A stretch of 64,000 bases of DNA from Laetmonice hystrix (Eukaryota): assembly GCA_965235115.1 (NCBI GenBank), contig OZ249445.1:15004001-15068000 (forward strand), given 5' to 3'. Positions within the stretch are counted from its first letter, which is position 1; every line of letters starts with the position of its first letter. Below, in pieces: positions 37,201 through 49,200 of the stretch. Below the pieces are notes generated by a model. That model was not told the DNA's origin and made no database searches. It was given only the letters and a program-made list of their open reading frames with translations. The translations under genes were made by a program, and so were the position numbers.

Positions 37201-40200
37201 ACTGGCTATTAGACAATTTATACAAGGATTCACCAAGATTTTCCATTAAATAAAAAACATGCTTTCTCAAAACCTCTCATGGATTAGTTCAAGGCTCTCA
37301 CCGTATATGAAAATAAAAACAACTGAATAATGAGTATTTTCTTGCGCCTTACAAAAAGTTTATGGCAATCAATGGATAGATTACGCCTCTGATAGGTAGC
37401 CATAATGTAGCCTGAATTGCAAGTCTACAGCACAAAAACAATTCTTTCAGCTTTGGGGGTTGCTACTTTGATGTTAGTAAATGAATCACCATCGCTGCGA
37501 CAGTTTCTCGTTCACCCTCATTAACTATCGTTTTTATGTGCCACAACATATCAAAGACGCCTAGACAGCTGGCCTTCGTCTTTAAAAACTATTCTCTGCA
37601 TATGGCTCTCTTTGTGAAATTCAAACTCAAAATATCTTCAAATCTTTTGATGAAAAGACTTGCACGGACTGACAAAAACAGGACACTAGGGATGTTCCAT
37701 TTTACTTTCTTACTTTCCTTCCTGTTCCGGGTATAAACACTTCTCATCTCTGTTTCTAAACAAAATTTACAATTCCCAATCCCTGGATCAATTTGAATTC
37801 TGGTGCTAAAACTGCGACCACAGAAATAAACACCCCTAACTCCACAGAGAACACCTCTTATTGACATGCCCAGCCAGCTAACACCGAACCAAAGTGAAGG
37901 TACTCTGGTGGACAGAATGAGGTCTGTGACCTATGAGGCGACCTGTCCTACCCTTGACAGAGCTGCCGTAACCTGGCGGCTACACGGCGGGGTGGGGTGT
38001 GGCTGCCCGCCTAGCGCCAGGTGGCCATCCAGGATGTGAGAATCCTGTAGGGGCGGGAAGGGGTCCCGGTACCTCCCCCACCGTCACTACTGATCACCTA
38101 CCTGCAGGAAATGACTCCATTCTACATGTAACCTGTCTGCTCTGTGGCGCCGTTCGATGTTATGTGGCCGTTAAACGTTTGGGCCCGGAGATTTATGGCG
38201 GGAAACCTGGGCGGCCGTTTGTGCGCAGGCCACGTTTCAGTCCCCACGCATGAGAGTATTCCCTTGAAAAACACCGCTCGGACAGCGGTGTGCAGTGGAC
38301 AAAGCCTTGACGGATATCATGTATACGACTCAGGGACATGATGGGGGTGGGTGGGGGTGGGGGGTGGGGGGTCTGGTGGCAGGGGTCCAAGGGGTCATGA
38401 TCAGTTGGCCAACAGGTACGGCGGCCGTGGTCAGAGTCACTGACTGGTCAAATACTGGTCCCCCCTCCATCTATACATAACTTTTATACACCTCTCTATC
38501 TCTCTGCTTCTCTCACTCTCTATGAAGCTTTTCTATGAATAATCTTCAGAGTTTCATGAACCTATAATCTTATCACACTACTGCGGGGTTTGCAAGATAT
38601 TTTCGTTTCCCGACGTCTTCAAATGTTTTACACGATAATAAATATTTCCAAGCTTTTCCTGGATGCCCTATATACACGACCACCTATGTTGTGTACTGCT
38701 ATACATGCATGCAGTGAATGCTGATTGTGTTTAGCAGTGGTAGATTATGTACAGGTAATGCACCAAATATCCGCCATCTAAATATCCATACTAGACATCT
38801 TGTGAATGTTAACGGAGTTTTTGTATGGTACAAGCACTTCCTTTCCTGTCATAAATTTATGGATTTCTTCACCTTCCTCCCTGTGGTAGGTTGTCAGTCT
38901 CTATAATTATGTGTATAATGGGCGTACTCTGACACGTATCGTCCCGCTTGTAGGACGTGCACGGTAGAAAACAATTGTTGATATAAAACGCGACCATCAG
39001 CTGGACGTCGAGTCTCGCCCACTAGTTTCCCACGACCATGTTTTCTGGAGGTAGCCTACCGTTTACCTGGTGATGTTTTTATGAGCGTCTGTCTGACATC
39101 TTTCTATGAGGCCGCCACGTGTCCCTGACCCCCGCGTGCTATAGTTTGTCATCACACAGCCTGACGACGACAAACGAGGGATGCTGACAGCAGAGAGCAT
39201 ACGTCACAGTCTTCTCTCACCTGTCATCCTCTCACAATAACTCTCTCGGCACGGCTCTGATGGCACCCACAGCACGGCTCTGATGGCACCCACAGCACGG
39301 CTCTGATGGCACCCACAGCACCTTCAATTTACTCCCTTCTCACCATCACCAAAATATCCCTCTTCATCGATCCAAGTCTCAGATAACTCGACGCCCTTTT
39401 TATTCTGCCACTTTCTACCAACCAGCCTCTGGCAATTCAAAATTCAACATTTCGAAATTCCTCTCACCTTTGAAGGTATAATGGTATTATACATCCTTTG
39501 ATGAAGGAGGCGGGAAGACAGCGGATCATTGGTACCGCCATATTTAATTACCTGTCCCTCCCTCCATCTTCCAATGAGATTTTCCAATTCCTCCAATAAA
39601 TATTTCTACCATTAGAAACACGACTTGCTCGTGGCATGAAAAGCGTGCAGAGACTCGGTGCCGTACGGAGACCAGAGTGTTCCTGTAGCAGGCCTCTATT
39701 GTCTGGCCGTGTTCTGACGATGAATGGGAGCAGTAAAAGAGGGAGGTATGTCGGCCAACACCTCCACAACATCTGCCAACACCGCGTCCGGGTAGCAGCT
39801 GCTGTGTTTTCTCTAACTACCACCAGAGGGAGACACAAAATGACCTAATAAATCTACGTCCACTGATTAGTGAGGTAACCGCCGCACGTTCACCAATCTA
39901 TTCGGATGTCTCTCAAATGGGACATTGGCTCCAATGGCTCTCCAATGGCTCCAACTTAGAGCCGACAAACATAAGCGCTTGTTGTCTCCCCTTTTCCCTA
40001 GAACGCTTGCTGAGTTAAAATATGCCACCGGTTGGCGGTAATGTGCGCATGGGTCGCGTGCCCCACCGAGTAAATTTACTGCCCTTCCGGGTTGCCATAA
40101 AGCCGAGCTGTTGGTACTCAATACACAGACCATAACGGTGAGGTGTCCCGCACCTAGCACTGCCGACTCTCACAGGTGTATCTGTACAAGTCGACACCAT

Positions 40201-43200
40201 CTGCTCTCTCCTTCTAAATAAACTCGACAAAAACATATATCATTTTGTCAACCTTTTCTCCTTAACAACCTACCATATATTTCTCTCATTCTATTCTATT
40301 TCTCAGGCAATTTGTTCTGGTTCCAGTGCAGACAATCATCCCTCAACGTGGATCGAGTGTTATCAGAGGTCGAGTTTTTCATGAAAATATATGTCGTTAA
40401 CAAACACATGTCATAGTCACATAGCATTGACTCTGCGCTTGGCCTAAATAATTTCACAACATATTCCTACAACGATATACATATAACTTGCCATGAATAC
40501 AAAATGTATCTACAAGTGCAGTATGTTGAAGAAGTACTTGAAGAATGTGAATTGTTTATTGCCCAATTTTTGTTTAATTCGCGTTCAGTCAGCTTAGCAT
40601 TTCCTGCTGCATTACATTTGGTTGATTCTAACCACAACCTGAGGAGATGAAAACAGACTGTGTGTCACTTCAACAATATCCATCCCTCCATTCCACACAC
40701 GTACCTGACTCATGTATACGTAATCTTCAACCCTCACTTGTCTTACTCTAACATATGCAGCATGGATTCATAATTTATAGTCCTCATTTAATTCCTTCAT
40801 CATTAGGTCGGTGGTCACGATGGCCCGAGGGTTCGTGAACTCCCACGTAGGCCCGTCACATGTCGTGTCACCGGCATGTGGTGACACCTGAAAGATATCA
40901 ACCAAATGTCAACAGGAAATCCTTCCTGCTTTTCCCACTCAGGTGGGATGGCACTCCTGCAAAGACACCTGGTTTTTCTTGAGGCTTGGCTGACCGCGGT
41001 CCTCCCAGCTCACCATCTGGGAAACACTCAGCATTGCATAAAGCGACAAGTTCGGGAAGAGATTCAGGTCACGTTCTAGGCATCCATCTGAAATACAAAC
41101 AAAACATCATGCCCTGTCACCTCCAGGGGAGGCTGGCCTGGCGTCCTCCGGCCTCCATTCTCACTGATCTTCTACTGATGAATCGTCATGACAACCACCA
41201 CGGAGCAGCAACAACAATCAAATCTCATCTAGCGATGTCTTGATGGGTCTTCATCGTAAGGGGATTTCTTGATTGTCCGGTAGGAGACTTAGGTCAAATC
41301 TAGACGTCTACTGGGTATTATTCTACATCTTAGCTGAAACACCCAACTAAATTTTCCACCATAGCAGTAACAGGAAGAGAACGAGGACCTTCCACAGTAC
41401 AGGGACAGACAGGTATTCATAGATGTCCACTGGTTGGAGAGATACACCGTGCTGCCTGTCAGTACGCCAGAGCCAGGGAGTGGGTACCATATGGTGGGTA
41501 TGATCCACAACCAAGGGGAATCATTAGATGACCCGTTGGGTAGGGGTGGGTGGGAAGGAGGAGGTCCTATTCTAGAAGACGGTGGATTCCTTGCCGGCAG
41601 GGTGGTAACTACTGCCTTACCTTTGCTGGGCTTGCGGTCAGGGCATGTAATGACCTCCACTTCCGACAGCCCACTATGCACGGTCTTGCCCTTGTTATTG
41701 TAGTACATCTCCGTCTCGTTATCTACGACTAACATAGAGACTTGACTAGGGCTCCCCTTGATCCTTTTCACCACGTCTGAATGTTTGTCATTCAGTGTGT
41801 TGTCCCCGTTCACCTCCACGATCCTGTCCCCTTTCTTCAATCCTGCCGCCGCCGCCGGGGAGTCGGCCTCAACCACACCCAGGAAATTCCCTGGTTTGTT
41901 CTTTTCGGCGTGGAGGTTGAACCCGTAGCCCTGGAAGTCTGGCCATTTCTTGATGTGACAGAGGCGCGGGCGTGGGCCTTTATCTTCTACAACAGCTGCT
42001 GTTGTTACGGCTGCGGCTACTGCCGTTTCTGTGACTACGTCAGCTGTTTCTGTTTTTGCTGTTGTTGCTGCGGTTGCTAGAAACGTATGAGTACATGCAA
42101 ATAGCAATCCGTAAGGTCACCTTTTAAAAGGCCTACGTCTATTTCATTTTTCTGCGAATAGCCTACAATGGAGAAGTAATGTTTTGAACTTCCTCTAACC
42201 CACTGGATACTTATCGTCATAATACCAAGACGAACCACTACTGCCGTCAACACTTAAATCATCTGATGTCTTTGCTATAACATCAGACAAAAGCTGACTT
42301 CACTCTGTAAATCATCTCCTACAGTATTGAGTAATTCCGCAGCATGTCAAAGCTGGAAACAATCTCTTACAGTATTGAGTAATTCCGCAGCATGTCAAAG
42401 CTGGAAACAATCTCTTACAGTATTGAGTAATTCCGCAGCATGTCAAAGCTGGAAACAAAGCTAACGCAGACAATAGGTATGAGATTTTTGTGATCGTCAT
42501 CCCATTGCCTCGAATCTGCTTACGTCATAGGTGTCGGAGTGGAGGGATGGGGATAAGGTAGTAGGTTATAGAAGGGAGAGTGTTGGGATGACCTCATGCT
42601 CACCTCCAGTCGCGGACATAGCGGGATCCTGGTCAGGACAAACCATCACCTTCACGTTGGCCATGTCGCCATGAACTTTCACTCCGAGCTGCCGGTAGTA
42701 GGCGTCCGTCTCCTCGTCTATCACAAGTAAGCTCACCTTTCCCAGCTCGGCCGTCACTTTGCCAACAACCACGCTGTGGCTGTCCTCAAACACGTTACTA
42801 CCGTTCACCTCCACCACTATGTCGTCTTTCTTCACGCCCGTTACGTCGGCGGGGGAGCCACTGTCTACGGTCCCGATCACGTGACTGTTCCTGGTTTTGT
42901 CAGCGTGCAGATTGAAACCGTAACCTTTGCCGTCCGACCATTTCTTGAGGTGGCACAGACGGGGGGAAGGAGCGTCTCCGGCGACGGTTGGGACGGCGGA
43001 CACGGCCATGACGGCGGCGGCACTCGGGCCGGCCAGACCGCTCACATTCACGTCTGGTTCTGGCTTCGACTCTGCTTCTGGTTCTTCTTTAGCGTTAACT
43101 TCATCTTCTGCTTCAACTTCGGTAGCCACTGCAAGTGCTGCCACAGCGACCACCTCCTCAGGCTCGGGTTCATACAGGTCCTTCTCGATTCCGGGAAGTT

Positions 43201-46200
43201 TCTCTGGAATTGGTGGAGGTTGCTCCTCTGTGAGGCAAACATGAGCCACGCAATGTGAAGAGCTCATCCTTTAAAACACATTCTATGTCCCACTCGTTTT
43301 TCTTCACTGGTCACTACATTGTTAGAGTAATGATCATGACCTTTGAAAGGCACTCTACAGCCAATCTCCTCTCTGAATTTACGTTTTAAGACCTTACTTT
43401 ATCAAGACATTGGGATGTTACTATTCGTGATTTTCACTGAAATCGAAAAGTTTCATCGATTATAATTTCTTTACTGACATTCAGTCATATTGCTAAGAGA
43501 CTTGACTTGCGTGATATTTTAACAATACACAAACTACTGGCTAAGTAAAACGGACTTATAACACTAAATGTTTGTTAAAAATTACGTTTTGATTCACTTC
43601 TTACCAGGTTTGTAGGGTTCAGGTGAGGCTTACCATGAGTATGACTAATTCAGAAATCAACTTACCTCTTATTTACCATAATAAACGTTTCAAGTTTAGA
43701 AATAGAATTATCTCATAAAAGGGGATTCCTGAAAACTAGAACTAGAGGACTAGATACCTATACAACCTATCCAACCTAAAAATAACGGAGGGAACATCTA
43801 ACTACCAGTACCGCACTAAGGGAATCATCACGGGTTTCGAAATGGAGGTTTACGTAGCACACAGCGAGTTTTAAGCCAGGGTTTCCACTTATACACAGGA
43901 GAGATTATGCCTTAACAAGTACTAAATTAACACTAATTAAGGATAGGTACTTTAAGAACTGGACAGTGGTTTCCTCATTCATAATCTGCCACAAATTATT
44001 ACCCCCTAAAGCGGAAGTGTAGAACCCCCAACGCTGTTTTCTGAATTAAATATTCTACTGTTTATAGCAGTCATCTCAGACCTATGCAGCCACCGGCGCA
44101 GAAACAAAACGGTATATTTCACTCGGTGCTGTGTGGACAAGACAGTGAATGCACTGACCCGTGTAGTAATCGACAGCCTGTGTGTGGTGGACATGGCTCA
44201 GCGAACAATAATCATATGGATTCTGGCTCCTTACCTGGCACCCAGATGTGATTATCGATCAGTGGTGCACCGATCGGAATGCCGGCCAGGGTGTGGGTGT
44301 GGGTGTGGGTGTGGGTGCGGGGGGGGGGGTAGTGGATGGTATGGAGCCATCGAACGGTTGGCCACACCTACAGTGTCTCTCCGCCTGTTAACTGCTGCCA
44401 CTTAGCGCTACAATATCACACCGTTATAACGGGAATACGTGATGTACCCATACAATGTGACACTTGTGTTAACTCGCCCCATAACACCATGACCACTCAG
44501 CTTTAAGTGAGCGCTACTCGGAACAAACGCTTCCTACGTTAGCAGGCACAACTGCTCAATTACTCCACCCGTCTGGGGTTGGTATGGTTTGGATCACGCA
44601 AACTTCTCTCCAAGAAGGGCTGCCTGCCTTACAATCCGCACCCTTCCCTCGCCCAGCTCTGTGTGCTGTCAGGCATGATTGCCAGCCCCGGCGTGACGAC
44701 CCACTGACGTCGACAAGATCTGTCCTCAATTCACGAAAATTACTACAAGGTCTTCTCCGATCACTGGAAACAACTATAGCGTTCTCCACCAATTTGGGTA
44801 GCAATAACTGCAATTTATCCCAACTGAGAGCTAACCAAATTCTCAACACGATTCAATGATTCCCCCCGGTATTCTATAATTTAATATAATTTCTATACAA
44901 AAAACCTCTTGGTGCCTCTTATTTCAGCCTTATCTTTTTCACATTTACTAACATTGGGTCCGCTAGCACACTGACTTATTCGTGCATTCCAAGATATACT
45001 AATATTATGTTATTTACGTCAAACTAAAACCTTCTCCGCCGACTGCATGCTAGTCTGACTGCTTTCTTTCTGCCTACTGTGAGCAGTCCCAGAAACGGAG
45101 CAGAAATAGTAACCAGGAGGACCTGGACTGAGAATTCTGAAAGTGTTTATCTTTGCCTCCAGTTCTCTATCGTCGTACCGATACTCCCCTCATCTTCAGC
45201 CAGAGCCCGATTCCTGATATCCAGTCCCTCTTCCCACTCCCCAACCCTATTATTGGACCTCGCCCCTGCCTTCTTCAGATATCAACCAAATGAAGCCCCT
45301 GCCTTCGCAATCCTGATACAACTAGCCTCGCCTTCCGACGTCAGGACCTCTAGCATTGCCGGTTGCCACCAATGAGGTCAGACCTCTCACTCTATCACAC
45401 CTTTACACGCAGTCACTGAGAGCCCACTAATTACATGGACATTCATTAAGACCTACTTGTCCCAAGATCAGGTCATATGACTGCCCAACCATTGTTATGA
45501 CAATCTGTGACAGCCTCCAAACTTCCTGGTTTTCTCAACACACATAGTACAGTAACCAATCATGTAGTAAGTGCCAGTAAACTTCGCTTTACATAGGGCC
45601 TTTCCCTGCCAGTAAACTTCGCTTTACATAGGGCCTTTCCCTGCCAGTAAACTTCGCTTTACATAGGGCCTTTCCCTTCCAGTAAACTTCGCTTTACATA
45701 GGGCCTTTCCCTGCCAGTAAACTTCGCTTTACATAGGGCCTTTCCCTGCCAGTAAACTTCGCTTCACATAGGGCCTTTCCCTGCCAGTAAACTTCGCTTT
45801 ACATAGGGCCTTTCCCTGCCAGTAAACTTCGCTTTACATAGGCCCTTTCCCTCTCACCTGTAAACTCGAGTCATTATTCAAATCAGGAACTAGTAAACAA
45901 CGATAGAGTGATCTCGGGTATTTTTTAGGATGACCTTGCTGGGCCGTATTGTGGAGCGTGTCTTCAAGGAATGTCACGTTTAACGCAAGATCTTTGCCCA
46001 TCCCATCCTTCGCCGTTAATTTCCACATCACTCTGACAAGGTATGGGTACCTCACCTCCACTGGCAACTAACTTTACAATCATACTTTACAACTTTACAA
46101 CTTACAACTTTACAATAGATTTTTACTATGCCTTATCTGAAAATGCTGTACGGTCAGGCAAGAAATAAAATTAAAAGTTACTTTGGCAACACAAACCAAG

Positions 46201-49200
46201 AAGTCCGTGACCTCTTTCAAGGTGTCCCTTACCTCCTATCACACATGAATTACGACACGGCAAGTGGCACAGAGCACACATGTACTGTCACTAGAAGAAA
46301 TGCCCTCTGGATATCCCATAAAGAACGCTTAGGACTACGTTGTACACCGCTACAAATAATTTCCTGTGAGAAACCCCAGGACAGCCAGTTCAGTTAGGTC
46401 GGCCCTACACACACACCCTCCCACCCTGTACGAGCTCAAGCGTTGAGAAAATATGGGACTTCATCCTGTAAGTCTTCCAAGGTTACCTATGTATCCCTTT
46501 TAGGTTTATGGGTGATACTGTTATAGTCAATCTGGTCATTAGGTCGCTATGAAGAATGAAACTAAGATTCTGTCATTCTTGATAGGTGACCTTGAATTGA
46601 GGTTTCACATGACACCTTCCAAACAGACTCTCCTCACTGAAGGCCGAGCTAGTAGTGCTTGGTTCCAAAGGACGGTAGAGCTGTAAATGTAGGATACATG
46701 TATATAACAACGCCGGAGAGACATCCTTCCTCCTTCCCACCACACCCAACAGTGACGTCATTCGTCATTGAATATGCTTCACCTAACAATGGGGGTTTGT
46801 TCTCACACTCATTACGATCGGAAAACTGGGTCTTCCTACCCTTCACTGGTCTCTCTACAATGTGCTGTTCTCACACTCATTACGATCGGAAAACTGGGTC
46901 TTCCTACCCTTCACTGTTCTCTCTACAATGTGCTGTTCTCACACTCATTACGATGGGAAAACTGGGTCTTCCTACCCTTCACTGTTCTCTCTACAATGTG
47001 CTGTTCTCACACTCATTACGATCGGAAAACTGGGTCTTCCTACCCTTCACTGTTCTCACTACAATGTGGCTATACAATTAGATATCTAGACGGCAAAATA
47101 TTTCTAGGTTACCACATTTTCTTTTCATTTCAATAACTGGCACATCATCGCGCCGAGATAAAGACACAACAAGAAAGCATAACATTATTGTGAAAATGTT
47201 CATGTCAAGGTTATTTCAGCCATTCATCTTTAGAAACGGTAGGGGAATACCTCTGCTATCGTCAATTAACGATGCAACCCGAGTATATCATCATACACAA
47301 GCAATAAGAAATCTATTTTTCAGTGCGACAGGTAACATAATTAGTTTTAAAAATGGAAATTATTCAAATGTCTTCATCTGAAATAGGCACGTTTTTATCA
47401 CAGATACCAGATTGTAAGAAACAAGAATAAATTTAGAACGTTAGCCAACTGGTAAAATCGTATAAATTTACACACAAAAATTGTGAGCAACTGACACCCC
47501 CCGCCCCGCCCACTCTGCCACTATGAAACCGAATAATTATGACATAGGCCTATATCGCAAGGCTGAAGCGACCGGCAGAATTCTGCAAATATCCATCTCC
47601 CAAAGTAATTGATGTCTACCTACCGGGGGTAGTCCATTCTACTTAAAAAAGAGTTACTTAAAAGCTTGTACATACATGTACTGTAGCACTATAAACTAAT
47701 TTTAGTGGCCGGTTAGCAATGTGCCACACAGCAGGAGATTAAGGCAGCCAAGCTTCAACATTATAGCTTTCCCATGACTGGTCTTTCAATAACAGTTAGA
47801 TTCCATCAATTGGCTCATTTACGGTAATTGACTATATGCCCCATTACTATTATATCGGAAACGCATTAACAAAGAGCGCGCAGTCAACCATTCCAAACGT
47901 TCCCCTAAATGGTGATATCCCTTATATCAAATCTGGGTAACATCCAGTAATATGAGTGGTCATACCCATTGGAAGCTGAAATAACTCTAAATATGTGAAC
48001 TTTTTACGTAAATTTGTGTTTTATTCTGACTACCGGTACTAAGATTACGTCAGAAACATGTCCTGGAGACTAACCAGGTAGTACTACCGTCATGTACACG
48101 CAATTACAACGGGGATCACCCCTCCCCCCCCCCTTACAAAAAACTGGTGACGGCAAGATACTGAATATTTCTCCAGCTTTTCCTGAAAATAAAACTGTCC
48201 AAAAATGGACCCTTACTTAGTCGGTTATGCTAGTATCGAAGCATTCTTATAAAGACATGAGCATGCTTAAGGTAATTTGAATGGGAAGCGAACCAACCAT
48301 ACCCAACTTACCCCGGTACTTAGGCCGCTATAATTATTGCTATAAATCACAGTTATTATTAGTTCTATATTAGGTTAGAAACCACCGAGTGTCAATCTTA
48401 ACCAACTACAAGAAGGTTACTTACACAAAGCGGACAAACACTGACACCGACATAACACTGTCTTCAACAACTTTTGACACTTACAAACTTTAGGTGTCCT
48501 TTTTGTTACAATGACCTTTTGCTGCTGACTTTAAACATTTAAATTTAATCAGGCAGTTTGAGAAAAGAAATCAGATCTCATCGTGTTACAATGTGGTCTC
48601 AGATACAGTGTTTTAACTTGAGCTCTGTCCCGCCCGGGCGACTTTCTTTGTAATTTCCTTGTGATTTTGCGCCATTTAATTGATACCCATCCCTGTTTCT
48701 GACAATGAGTTCCACACTTTAAAATTAGAAAGTGATGTCAAACTCGCAAGGAATTCACAAGCAAAATCGGCAGCCAGCGACCACGGACCTTAGGGATCCC
48801 TCCACCTTCCCGACCATGAGGCCGGCCCAGGTGTTCCGACCCTGGATTCGACCTCTGACCTTTGACCCTGGCTCACCTTCGGCGTGTCTGTCTGGAGTTT
48901 GCCTTGTAATAACCTGCGGCATGTCGCCGCGTACGACGGTACCGCGCTGCGTGTAGAAGTCGTCTGCCTCGCGGTCCAGTACGAGCATGGTGACCTGGTC
49001 GGTGTGCGCCTTGATCCTCGACACCACCTGTTGGTGATTCTCGCCGCCAATGTGCACATCGTTAACCTCTACAATCCGGTCACCCTCCCGGAGACCTGCC
49101 GTCGAGGCCGGAGAGTTGTCGTCCACCTTGCCGATGTACTGGCCCGGCTTGCCCTTCTCGGCGTGCAGGTTGAAACCGTAACCTTGGAAATCTGGCCACA

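Noticed and set aside
45572-45851. 35-bp repeat array as a CRISPR array
   Set aside because: Units are contiguous with no unique spacers, there are no cas genes, and the context is a eukaryotic intron
44233-46083. Further first-exon candidates before PDZ2 (46083-46056 MIVKLVASG; His/Pro-rich ORF near 44350)
   Set aside because: No promoter support; the second needs a homopolymer frameshift
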